A DNA stretch of 64,000 nt from Myxococcota bacterium (GCA_040386535.1 JAZKFH010000067.1:1-64000); one strand, 5' to 3'. Numbered from the stretch's first letter, positions 21,354 to 31,700 are shown. Made by a program: numbers and translations. Notes: a model not told the origin generated them from the sequence alone.

Positions 21354-23090
21354 ATGACAAACGCCTCGACCAAGGGGCAACTGGTCGTCTTTGAGGGACC
21401 TGATGCCGTCGGGAAGACCACGCTCGTCAGCGCGGTGGCTCGAGCACTCGCCGAGCACGGGATCGCCCATGAGGTACATGCCTTTCCGGGGAACACGCAA
21501 GGAACACTGGGCGATCTCGTGTATCGTCTCCATCACGACGCCGCCGCATCGGGTATCCGAACGATCGCGCCGGCCGCGCTCCAAGCACTACACATCGCGG
21601 CGCACCTCGACGCAATCGAACGGCTGTTACTACCGGCGCTGGAAGCTGGAAAGGTCGTCCTGCTCGATCGGTTCTGGTGGTCGACGTGGGTATACGGGCT
21701 GGAGGGAGGAGTTGAACGGGAGGTGCTGGAGGCGATGATCGCAGTCGAGCGCCGCGCTTGGGGTGGCTGGACCCCTCACGCGCTCGTGCTGCCTGATCGA
21801 CGCTCGCCCGGCGAAACGAGTGCTCGTCTTCGCGCCGAGTATCAGGCGCTGGCTGATCGTTACGCCACGTCGCACCCGGTCATCGCGCTGGATACAAACC
21901 GCCCATCCGGCGATTCCGTCGCCGAATTGATGTCGCGCCTGCCGGCACTGTGGGCCAACTTGCCGGTGCGCGCCGCGTCGGCGAGGACTAGGTCGCAGGG
22001 GCCGAAGTCGTCGTCTGGAGCTAAGGGCCCGGTCTCGTCGTTTTCGTCAGCGAAGCCGACGGTGGTATACGACAGCTACTGGCGACTCGCGGCCGAGCGT
22101 CAAGAGATCTTCCTTCGCAGGCTGCGCGGCGACACGCCCCCATGGACGGAAGACTCCGTTCTTCTGGCCTACAAGTTCACCAACACTTACCGGGCTTCAG
22201 ACCGGGTCAGCCAATACCTCTTGCGGAACGTGATCTACGGCGAGGCGTACGACGATCGCGATGTCTTCTTGCGGATCATGTTGTTTAAGCTGTTCAATCG
22301 TATCGATACGTGGGAGTATCTGGTTACCGAATTCGGTGACGTGTCGTTTCAGACCTTCCAGTTTCAGGCCTACGACCGAGCGCTTGAGGCCGCTCGCGCC
22401 CGTGGAAAAAAAATCTACTCGGCGGCGTACATCATGCCATCGGCCGGGCGCGTCTTCGACGTCCCGCGCAAGCACCAAGGCCATCTGCTGCTGCTTGAGC
22501 GGATGGTGAGGGATGAGTTGTGGAAGAAGCTACAGGACGCGGGATCGATGGGGGCGGCGTTCGATCTCCTTCGTGGCTATCCGTCCATCGGGGGGTTTCT
22601 CGCCTATCAGTACCTCATCGATCTGAACTACAGCCCGCTTTTGGACTTCTCCGAGAACGACTTCGTGATGCCTGGTCCGGGAGCTGTGGATGGTATCAGC
22701 AAGTGCTTTTCCGATCTCGGGGGCCTGAGCGAGGCGGAAATAATCCAGGCCGTCTGCGATCGACAGGTCGAGGAGTTCACGCGCTTGGGTGTTGACTTCA
22801 AGTCTCTCTGGGGCAGGCCGCTGCACCTCATCGATTGCCAGAACCTGTTCTGCGAGGTGTCGAAGTACTCCCGGGTCCGGCATCCCGAGATCGAAGGAAT
22901 TGCTGGGCGGACGCGAATCAAGCAGATATTCACCTCGTCCGGCGACCTGATCTCGCCGACGTATCCCCCGAAGTGGGGCCTAAACGACACCGTTACGGCG
23001 TGGGTCACGGCCAACCGGCGAGATCGGCCCACTCTGTTTCCCCACGGCGGCATGAGGCGTCCCCTTGCCCGCGAGGAGGAGGCAAAATGA
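21354..23090 (+). CDS. dTMP-kinase-like P-loop domain fused to aGPT-PPlase clade 1 (5hmdU DNA kinase helical) domain
   Basis: VVFEGPDAVGKTT and VLLDRFWWSTWVY (thymidylate kinase); YWRLAAERQEIF.RR..PPWTED..YKFTNTYRASDRVSQY..FKLFN..YSAAY..GFLAYQ..DLNY..GPGA..DCQNLFCEVSKY. Confidence 0.88.
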   Translation: MTNASTKGQLVVFEGPDAVGKTTLVSAVARALAEHGIAHEVHAFPGNTQGTLGDLVYRLHHDAAASGIRTIAPAALQALHIAAHLDAIERLLLPALEAGKVVLLDRFWWSTWVYGLEGGVEREVLEAMIAVERRAWGGWTPHALVLPDRRSPGETSARLRAEYQALADRYATSHPVIALDTNRPSGDSVAELMSRLPALWANLPVRAASARTRSQGPKSSSGAKGPVSSFSSAKPTVVYDSYWRLAAERQEIFLRRLRGDTPPWTEDSVLLAYKFTNTYRASDRVSQYLLRNVIYGEAYDDRDVFLRIMLFKLFNRIDTWEYLVTEFGDVSFQTFQFQAYDRALEAARARGKKIYSAAYIMPSAGRVFDVPRKHQGHLLLLERMVRDELWKKLQDAGSMGAAFDLLRGYPSIGGFLAYQYLIDLNYSPLLDFSENDFVMPGPGAVDGISKCFSDLGGLSEAEIIQAVCDRQVEEFTRLGVDFKSLWGRPLHLIDCQNLFCEVSKYSRVRHPEIEGIAGRTRIKQIFTSSGDLISPTYPPKWGLNDTVTAWVTANRRDRPTLFPHGGMRRPLAREEEAK

Positions 23091-24148
23091 AGGTGTTCTC
23101 TGGGCAAACGGCAAGCGATGTTTGGCTCGCAGCCGCGGCCGCACTCGCGGGTCCGGATGCCGCGATGATTCCTGGGCGCGGTGGGGCGACTCGCGAGTTG
23201 CTTCACGCTGCGTTCGAGGTGGGGGACTCGCGGCAGCGCTGGGTGTTCGAGCGTGAGCCCGCGATGAATCCGGCGTTTGCACTGGCAGAAGTGGTATGGA
23301 TCGTCCTAGGGCGCGACGATGCCGCTTTCCCTAATTTCTGGAATCCCGCCTTGTCGAAGTTCGCCGGGGCAGATTCCTCCTACCACGGCGCGTATGGCGC
23401 GCGGCTTCGCCGCCACCGCGGCGTGGATCAACTCGCACGAGTAGCGGACACGCTTCGGGCCAACCCCGCCAGCCGACAGGCGGTACTCCAGATATGGGAC
23501 GCCACTGCCGACCTCCCGACGGCGACCGGCGAGCCGGTTGCGGCGGACATCCCCTGCAACGTGACTTCGCTGCTCAAAGTTCGTGGCGGGCGGCTTGAGT
23601 GGCTCCAGGTCATCCGGAGCAACGACATCTTTCTCGGGACGCCCCACAACTTCGTACAATTCATGAGCCTCCAAGAGATCCTTGCCGGATGGATCGGCGT
23701 TGATGTCGGCACATACGTGCAGATCAGTGATAGTCTCCACGTCTATGAGCGGGATCTCAGCTCTATTTCGACCGTGGGCGGCCGCATCGCAGCGCCGAAC
23801 ACCGATCGGTTTTCGGAACCGCGCGAGGAGTCACTGGCACACTTCTCGGCCGTTGGGGCGCGGATGGATGAGATGCGACGCAAACAGGTGTCACCTGAGC
23901 GGTGTTCTGAACTCGCGCTCGGGCTGGACGTGCCGGAGAGCTACCGTAACGTTCTTCTGGTGGTAGGCGCGGATGCCGCGAGGCGACGAGGGGGAATCGA
24001 CCAAGCCTCGATCCTGATGGCCCAATGCACCAACCCGGCGTACCACGCGACGTGGTCGAGGTGGTGTGCGAGGATGGCGGAACGTTGCCCGACAAGCGCG
24101 GCACAAGACCCGTCAAAAGCCTCGGCCCCCGACGGGAGCGGCTCATGA
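23087..24148 (+). CDS. Thymidylate synthase superfamily enzyme, dUMP-hydroxymethylase-like
   Basis: NPAFALAEVVW..GAYG.R..DQL..SRQAVLQIWD..DIPCN..RSNDIFLGTPHN..SLHVYE; ATGA overlap with upstream stop. Confidence 0.88.
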   Translation: MKVFSGQTASDVWLAAAAALAGPDAAMIPGRGGATRELLHAAFEVGDSRQRWVFEREPAMNPAFALAEVVWIVLGRDDAAFPNFWNPALSKFAGADSSYHGAYGARLRRHRGVDQLARVADTLRANPASRQAVLQIWDATADLPTATGEPVAADIPCNVTSLLKVRGGRLEWLQVIRSNDIFLGTPHNFVQFMSLQEILAGWIGVDVGTYVQISDSLHVYERDLSSISTVGGRIAAPNTDRFSEPREESLAHFSAVGARMDEMRRKQVSPERCSELALGLDVPESYRNVLLVVGADAARRRGGIDQASILMAQCTNPAYHATWSRWCARMAERCPTSAAQDPSKASAPDGSGS

Positions 24149-26229
24149 TCCGGCTACTTCATCTGTCTGACCTGCACTTTGGTGTTCGCTCCGATGGAAC
24201 CTCTGCGCATCGGTATGTGAACGCGGGAGGGGAGCCAAACCCATCGGTCCTCGCAGGTCGGTTGGTCGCCGGGCGGTCTCTCCACCCTCACGCGGTTGTG
24301 GTGTCAGGAGATGTGGGCTGGAGTGGAGCAGGTGCGGATTACGGCTATGCCACGGAGTTCCTAGCGGCCCTCCGCACGGCGTGGCCCGGCGCAGCGCTGG
24401 TCGTCGCTCCGGGGAACCATGATGTCGATCTTTCCAGTTCACCCGCACGACAGGAAGCATTCCGCGCGTTCGTACAAGGGTTCGACGGAGGCCGTCTCGC
24501 ACCGGCCTACCGGGTCGCAGGGGCATCCGGCCGAGAACGACAGACCTTGGTTAGCTTCGATATCGTCTCGGGAGACGAGGGGGAGCAGCTACTCCTCGTT
24601 TCCGCAAATTCCGCCGCGTACGTTGGGGACGCTGGCAATCCGGGTTCACCGGTGGGATTCTCCGCGGACGACCTGCATGCGATCGAGAGCGTACTCAGAA
24701 CGCCCGAATTTTCGTCGATTAGGCTACGCGCGTTCATCGTACATCATGCTCTGTTTCCATTTGCCGAGCCGTCGTGGGACCGGACCATCAACTTAGCTGA
24801 GCTACGCGACAAGCCGGACCTCGAGATTGTTGCCAACTCTGCGGTTCTTCAGGCGTGGCTCGCAGATCATGGATTCGCCATCCTGCTTCATGGACACAAG
24901 CATACCATGCACGCGAGGTTGGATCGCCTCTGGCGTCGTGGCGGACCTGCGAGCGGCGCTCAGTTGCTCTCGCTCGGGGCGGGTAGCGTGGGTGTGGAGC
25001 AAGCACAGCGTGGCCACGGCGAACCACTCAGCTACAACGCGGTCGACCTGACCCGGGTGTCGGCGCACCGCTGGCTGACAGCGGTTGAAGTGAACGACAT
25101 TCCGGATCCCCCGGCAAGGCCGCAGGTTTCCGCCCGATTCGAGTGCGAGCTCGGCGAGGACCTTGCGCACCCAACCCACGTGTTCCACGCCGAGACGATC
25201 GTTGACTGTCACCGTGCGATCGCGCTTCGGTGTGCATCTGCTGGACTTCTGAAGACTTTTGTCTCGGTTGTTGAGCAGTGTCAGTTTGAGCTTCCGGCAA
25301 CCGCGCGGTTTGCCAAGCGGCGGGTGACAATGGCGGACATTGAGGGATCGTTTGAGGCGCTTCACCCAGAGCACGCGGTCACGGACGGGTGGAACGACCT
25401 GAGAGGGGTCGACGCTTCGATGCGGAGGATGGGATCCCGTCTCCAGTTTCAGCACGGACCCAGATTGTTCGAACGGGTGGGCGGTGCGGAAAAGAGCGCC
25501 ATCGTCCGCGCACTAGACCTTGTCGGCCACGAGTCGCGCTCCGATGCGTATGCAGGCCTGTACCGCGCCGAGGTTGATGTTGCTGCGACCAAAGACGCCC
25601 TGACGCCGCATCTTATGGGTGTTCAGTTCAACGCCGAGGACGGCTACCTCGATGTGGTAGCGACATTTCGGAAGATTGAGCTTTCATACTGGTGGGTCGC
25701 CAACATGTACGAGCTATCGAGGCTCCTGACCTGGGCGGCGGCGTACGGAGCAAATCGTACTCGCACGCCTCGCCGAATCACCGTGTTCGCAGCCTTTGCG
25801 GAATGGAAGGAACGGCCGGGGGCGGCCGTCGTCGCGCGACTCGACAGAATGACGATCGAGGAGCTCACGACGATCGCCGTTGGATTCGTCGCCGGAGATG
25901 CCGCCGCTGCCACCCGGCTCTGCGATCTCCTCATCGAGAAGCGGGAGTACACGAGCGACCGAAATCTTGACGCGAATGGCTTGGCGTCCCTGTGCGCCGT
26001 GCTGAGGGGTGCGACGGGTGGCTTTCCCGAAGGTCGCCTCGCTAAGCGACGGAAACAGGTCAATTCTGTGCTGGGCGGGATCGGGACCGCGAGCGAGCAG
26101 GTCAAGTCGGGGATCGAAGGTGACCGCCCCGCGCTGGCAGCAGCAGCGCGGGCCCGAGAGTCCCTTGAGGCGGTAATTGTTGCTCTGCGCCGAGGCGAGG
26201 ATGTGAAAACGGTTGGGAAATGGGGATAG
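24145..26229 (+). CDS. Calcineurin-like metallophosphoesterase fused to a degenerate thymidylate-synthase-like domain
   Basis: HLSDLHFG, SGD, PGNHD, HH, LHGHKH; C-terminal QHGPRL..PHLMGVQF..GYLDVVATFRKIELSYWWVANMYEL parallels TS PC..QF..L...RS.D...P.N; ATGA overlap. Confidence 0.75.
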   Translation: MIRLLHLSDLHFGVRSDGTSAHRYVNAGGEPNPSVLAGRLVAGRSLHPHAVVVSGDVGWSGAGADYGYATEFLAALRTAWPGAALVVAPGNHDVDLSSSPARQEAFRAFVQGFDGGRLAPAYRVAGASGRERQTLVSFDIVSGDEGEQLLLVSANSAAYVGDAGNPGSPVGFSADDLHAIESVLRTPEFSSIRLRAFIVHHALFPFAEPSWDRTINLAELRDKPDLEIVANSAVLQAWLADHGFAILLHGHKHTMHARLDRLWRRGGPASGAQLLSLGAGSVGVEQAQRGHGEPLSYNAVDLTRVSAHRWLTAVEVNDIPDPPARPQVSARFECELGEDLAHPTHVFHAETIVDCHRAIALRCASAGLLKTFVSVVEQCQFELPATARFAKRRVTMADIEGSFEALHPEHAVTDGWNDLRGVDASMRRMGSRLQFQHGPRLFERVGGAEKSAIVRALDLVGHESRSDAYAGLYRAEVDVAATKDALTPHLMGVQFNAEDGYLDVVATFRKIELSYWWVANMYELSRLLTWAAAYGANRTRTPRRITVFAAFAEWKERPGAAVVARLDRMTIEELTTIAVGFVAGDAAAATRLCDLLIEKREYTSDRNLDANGLASLCAVLRGATGGFPEGRLAKRRKQVNSVLGGIGTASEQVKSGIEGDRPALAAAARARESLEAVIVALRRGEDVKTVGKWG

Positions 26230-26456
26230 AAAGTGGGATATCGCGCGCCGTCCACCGAAAATGCGTATCGCAACCTGCTCCCCGTCGACGGTCGGCGACT
26301 CAGCGATAAATTCTACGATTGGTCGAACGACGGCCACGAGGGTCAACGTTGGGTCCATTGGGCGCTGCTACGTCGTGGCCGCACGCGGTGGCTGAGCAAC
26401 GTGGGGGACCCGTTCGGGCGCGACGGGACCGCTGCCCGGTGGAAGGACTGACCGTG

Positions 26457-28634
26457 ATGAAAATCCCGCTTCACGTCGTGGTCCTCGCCCACCCCGACTC
26501 TCCGGTGTTCGGAGCTGCGCCGGGTGGTCCGTTCGACGAGGCGTCGCTCGCCATGCAGATTCTGCATCGGCTTTATGGGGAACCTGCCGCGCTGCAGCTT
26601 CGCATTCCGACGTGGTTCAGTCGGACATTGCCCGACGGCGCCCCGCCGCCGCTCGACGAGTGCTGGAACACCGGCGCGGATGCGACGCTACTCGTATACT
26701 TGCTCGACGCTCGGATGGCGCGTCGCGTGGCGGGGGGCACCGCGGACGCATGGAGCGCGCACCTCGCGCGGGCGCTTCAAGACGCCGCGGCCGATCCGCG
26801 TCGCCGATCGGTCGTGCCGCTCGCGCTGGATGAACACGGGTTTCACGTTGTGCCAGCGGACCTGACACGTAGCATTCGTAAGATTCCGGCAGACCGCCAG
26901 CTCGACACGATCCTCCAACACCTTGGCGTCCGGGCGCTCTACCTACTCTCGGACCGTACGCCCCCGGCCGACGACGGGCGGCTGCAGGCACCCATCCAGG
27001 TGTTCGTCAGCCACGCGAAGGCGGATCTGAAACCCGCCCTGACCGATCCCGTGCATCAGATGCTCGCCGCGCTTCAAGACCACGCGGTCGATCGTTTCTT
27101 TGACTCGGCGAAAATTGGTCCAGGCGAGGACTTTGCCACGCGGCTTGCAGCTGAGGTGCGGGCCTCGGACGTGCTTCTAGTGGTGTGGACCGATGCGTGG
27201 AGCAGTCGCCCGTGGTGTCGCCGCGAACTTCTCACCGCGAAGGCTGCTGGGCGCACCGTGGTGGTGGTCGACGCGCTCTACGAGTCTTCATCGCGCGTCT
27301 TCCCCTACGTGGGAAACGCGACCTGGGTTCGCTGGCGTGGACCCGTCCCGCTGAAGGGTCAAGCGCCAACCGCCGCCGACTTGGAGGCGGCCTCCGCCGA
27401 GCGCTTTCGGGTCTTCACCGCTGTTGTCCTCGCCGCGCTGCGCGACCGGTTCGAGCGGCGTGCGCTCGGCGTCGCTTTAGGAAAGCATACCATTCATCTT
27501 GGCAGTGCGCCTGAGGCGCTCGACTTCGCCGGGCGTGCCGACGTTCGCACTTTCGTGTACCCGGACCCCCCGCTTCCTGATGAAGAACGCGTTGTACTTG
27601 CGTCGCTCCTGCGCAAGCGGCAGCTCGTCACGCCACTCGGCCGGATTGCGCAGGCCGGGGTACCTTCGACGGTCAAGGAGGTCGTCGTCAGCGTCTCATC
27701 TCCGGGCGACCCTGCCCTACGGACGCTCGGGCTTGTCGCACATCATCTGGACGCGCTCACCGACGAACTCCATCTGGTGGTACTGCTCGCTGGGCTTCGG
27801 ATAGTGTACGGGGGGTTGGTCAACTACACCTCTGGCGGACCCTCCAACTACGTGTTGCGGCTATTCGACGTCGTTCGTCGTTATGGAGATCTCGCCCAAG
27901 ACCTCGGCCGACCCTGGAGGGCTCCGGTGGTGAATTTTCCGCCGTGGCCGCTGCACCTATCCTATGGCGATCAGGAGCTCGACCTCTTCGGGAAGCTCGC
28001 CGAACTCGAGCTAGCTCCTGCCCCGAACCTCGGCGCGCTCGCGTACGAGCACTGGACCCGCGGGGTGTTCCCTGTCATCGACAGCGTTCCTCGTCTGCTC
28101 GCCGTGGGCCTCGGACTTCGGGAGATGCGCCGGCGTGTCACCCAGCCGAATCCGGGAGCACCGATGCGGCCGAGGGTGCTTGTCGGGGGTCCAGTCGTCA
28201 GCATGGGCTGGCTCCCGGGCCTGGTGGAGGAGGCGCTTTGTTCCCTCCGTCTGGGCGCTCCGCTGTACCTAGTCGCCGCCTACGGAGGCGCGGCCGCCGT
28301 CGTGGCGGAGCTGCTTCTCGACGGCCGCGAGCACGCAGATCCCGTCCTGACGGAGCCTAACGCCCGTGCGGCGGTGTTTCGGAATACCCTGGCACCCTCG
28401 GCCTACGATGAAGCCCGGGACCTCGCGTCGGACCTCGGCTTGCCGTTCGACACACGCGAGGCCGTGGCCGCAGAGGTGGCGGCCATCGGTCGCGGTGGCC
28501 TCGCGGCGGCCCTGAACAATGGACTCAACGACAAGGAGAACCGGGAATTGCTGCATGCGCGGGACGGCCGGCGGATTCTTGAGCTGGTTCTGCGTGGGCT
28601 CACGAGGCTTCCGCCGAAGAGGGGGCGGCGATGA
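26457..28634 (+). CDS. TIR - SLOG (cluster 2-like) protein
   Basis: VFVSHAKAD..FFDSAKI.PG..SSRPWCRRE..FPYVGN (TIR); VYPDPP; SVS..YGG..LREMR..GG..GWLPGLVEEA..PLYLVAAYGGAA..LNNGL..ENREL (SLOG). Confidence 0.85.
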   Translation: MKIPLHVVVLAHPDSPVFGAAPGGPFDEASLAMQILHRLYGEPAALQLRIPTWFSRTLPDGAPPPLDECWNTGADATLLVYLLDARMARRVAGGTADAWSAHLARALQDAAADPRRRSVVPLALDEHGFHVVPADLTRSIRKIPADRQLDTILQHLGVRALYLLSDRTPPADDGRLQAPIQVFVSHAKADLKPALTDPVHQMLAALQDHAVDRFFDSAKIGPGEDFATRLAAEVRASDVLLVVWTDAWSSRPWCRRELLTAKAAGRTVVVVDALYESSSRVFPYVGNATWVRWRGPVPLKGQAPTAADLEAASAERFRVFTAVVLAALRDRFERRALGVALGKHTIHLGSAPEALDFAGRADVRTFVYPDPPLPDEERVVLASLLRKRQLVTPLGRIAQAGVPSTVKEVVVSVSSPGDPALRTLGLVAHHLDALTDELHLVVLLAGLRIVYGGLVNYTSGGPSNYVLRLFDVVRRYGDLAQDLGRPWRAPVVNFPPWPLHLSYGDQELDLFGKLAELELAPAPNLGALAYEHWTRGVFPVIDSVPRLLAVGLGLREMRRRVTQPNPGAPMRPRVLVGGPVVSMGWLPGLVEEALCSLRLGAPLYLVAAYGGAAAVVAELLLDGREHADPVLTEPNARAAVFRNTLAPSAYDEARDLASDLGLPFDTREAVAAEVAAIGRGGLAAALNNGLNDKENRELLHARDGRRILELVLRGLTRLPPKRGRR

Positions 28635-28750
28635 GGCGCTTGCGCCTGTCGTACATCGACATCGCGAGACGGCCAGTCGTCTTCGTAGGTCACAGCGCGC
28701 AATGGGAGGCCTCCGCGACAGAGCCCATGCTTGCTATGCAGGCTGCCTAG

Positions 28751-31700
28751 GTGGGGCCGTCGGAACCGCCGCGAAGAGTGTTCGTATCCTACAAGCGAGG
28801 TGACCAAGACGCCTTCGTCGACGCGCTCGTGCGCCGGCTCGAGGATGTGCGGCATTCGGTCTGGGTCGATCGGACTGACATGCCAAGTCGTGGGCGCCCG
28901 TTCAACCTTGAAGTCCGAGACGCAATCCATGACCATGACACACTCTTGCTCGTCTTCTCGCCACGTGCAGCGGGTTCCGACTACGTGAACGCGGAGTGGC
29001 GCTATGCGCTGCAGATGTGCAAGGTGATCGTGCCGCTGCTCGTGGGCTGTCACGAGGGACAGCTGCCAGTTGAGCTCCGAGCCTACCACGCCATCAGGAT
29101 CGATGATCCAGGCGAACCAGGCAGCGCCTTGGACGACCTCCTCCGGGTACTGGCGCAGAGCCGAGTACCTTTGGCACCACGGCATGGGGTGCCCGCGCTC
29201 CCACCCTGGTACGTACCGCGCTTGGAAGCTCGAGAGCGTCTCGGCGCCGATCTGTTTGCCGATGGTCGCGGACCGGTGGCACCCAGGGATTCGCGGCCGT
29301 TCGCACTGCTGGCGGGAGGGCCCGGGATGGGCAAGAGCGTGCTGGCGGCTGCTTTCGCAAGTTGCTGCGAGACATCCCGGCACTTTCGGGATGGAATCGT
29401 CTGGATATCGGTGGGCCCCGGCGCTGTCGAGGAGGTAGTGGACGGGGCGCTCCAGCAGGCTTTGGCCCCTTTCGAGCACGGCGGGACACTGCCGAACATC
29501 GCCCGCGGCGCAGCGCTTCATCGATGCAGCCGCAACATTGCGGCGCTCTTCGTGCTAGACGACGTTTGGGACGCGGGGGTTATCGAGGCCTTCGTGAACC
29601 ACCTGACGGGGTCACGATGCCGCCTCCTGGTGAGCGCCCGGGACGCCTCGCTCGCCATCGGTTGCGGCGGGCGTGCGATCGTGCTCGACCTCATGGACGA
29701 CGAGCCAGCGCTGGCCCTCCTGCACGCCGCTATGGGAGGCCCGCGCGCCAACACCGTAGAGACACAGGCGATTGCCCGAATGTGCGCAGGTCTCCCGCTC
29801 GCGCTCGCGCTGTGCGGGCGGGCAATAGCAGACGGAACGCCGGAGCGAGAGATTGCGGAACGGATGGTCGCTGGCGAGCTGGGCGCAGTGAAGGCACGCC
29901 TGCCGAACTACCCGTACCCAACTGTCGCCCTGGCGCTCGACGTGAGCCTCCGCGCGCTCTGCGAGCGTGAGAGAGACCGATTCCACGAGTTGGTGGTGGT
30001 CGACCGCTCGACACGCGTACCAACGCACGTCGTCGCTCGGCTTTGGCGCCACACGGCCGGGTATACTGCGGAAGACACCGTTGGCCTGCTGAAGCAACTC
30101 CGGGACCGGTCGCTGATTGACCTGGAGGGCCCCGCCGGCCACACCACGGTTGGACTGCACGATTTGATTTGCGATTGGCTCGCCCAATCCGGGCACAAAC
30201 CAGACGCGCATCGCAAGCTGCTCGACGCGTACCGCCCCGTTGGGCTTCGGCGTTGGAACGATGTGCCCGACGACGGCTACCTGCACGATCACCTAACCTG
30301 GCACCTCTCCGAGGCTGGCTGGATGCGTGATCTGTTCGACCTCGTCCGCCGCGATTGGTTTAGGAACCAACTGCGGCGGACCAAGGGACCGGCTGCGTTC
30401 ATCTTCGATGCGCGCATCGCCCTATCGGCAGCGTCGCGATTCGACGATACGTCGACGCTCGGGCGCATGGCCTACGCGGCGGCGGCTGCCTGGGACCACG
30501 CCGCTGCCGTCAGTCCCCCGTTGATTCGGGCGCTGGCGAGCCTTGGAGGCCCGTCGCAACTGGGGCGCGCAGTCGAGTATGCGACGAGCCGGGCTGACGG
30601 CGAGGATGCCTCCTGCCTCCAGCTCACCGTGGCGACACGCCTGCTCGCGGCGGGGCGAATCCCGGCCGGGCAGGCCCTGTCAGAGCATGCACTGGGCGAA
30701 GAGCGGCCCGACGAGCCCACCCGTCCCGTCCATCACGAAATCGTCTTCGCGCTCGCCCGGGCAGGCCTCGTGGAACAGGCGGCGTGGAGCGCCTGGGCGC
30801 TGAGACGCCGGAATCACGGCAGGGCGCGGGAGCAGCTCGTGGGCACCGCAGTCGCGTCCCTGATCGATGCGGGTCAACTCGATCGGGCCCTGGAACTTGG
30901 CCGCGTGGCCGAGAGTGAGGTCGCAATCCCGCTTGTGACGGCACTCCTTGCCCATGATCGGGCCGGCGCCGAGGAGTGGGCACGATCCGTCGCCGACTGG
31001 TCGACACGTGGTCGCGCCCTGGCGTGCATCGCCCTCGACGCCGCCAGGCGGGGGGATCATCCGGCGGCTCGGCGCATCGCGGGAGATCTGGAGGGACCTC
31101 TCCTCGACGGACATGAACCGAGAGAGTGGGTACTCCGAGAGGTTCCGGCGATCCATGGGGCGTGTAAGGACTACGAGTCGATGTGGCGCGCCGTCGGGGC
31201 TCTCGAGGCGGGGGAGGATCGCTATGTTGACCAAGCGCTACAGAAGTCGCTCGACGTCGTTCTCCCGGCTGGTGACCTGGATGCTGCGATCGAGATTGTG
31301 CATGCGATGCAGACGAACGGAGTGTACTTCGCGTTCTCGGCAATGCAGGTGGTCGAAGCGCTGGGGCGCCACGGAGACCGGCAGCGGGCTGCCGAACTGT
31401 CGCGGCATGTGAACCCCGAATACAGGGCCCGTGTCGACGCGGCGATCGCGAAAGGGATGGCCAGGGGGGGCGACATCGAGGGGGCGATCACGATGGCGGA
31501 CGCCTTTCCGAAAGCCGAACGCAAGGAGGTCCTCGCAGTAGTAGCCGTCCAGCAGGCACGGTCGGGTCGCCTCCGCGAAGCGTTGGCGCTGCTGCCCGCC
31601 TGCGGAGGTGAGGCGGCGAGCGAGGTTCTTCGCAACGCCATGGAGAGCAACGACGTCGACGCTGTCCGGTCCATCGCAACGGGACACCCGCAACTGGTGA

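Noticed and set aside
21354..24148. Housekeeping tmk/thyA or a prophage
   Set aside because: Fusion architecture and divergent TS motifs do not fit housekeeping genes; no phage structural, terminase or integrase genes in the window
19999..28634. Canonical Thoeris (ThsA-ThsB)
   Set aside because: ThsB-like TIR and SLOG present, but no SIR2-SLOG or TM-macro ThsA seen
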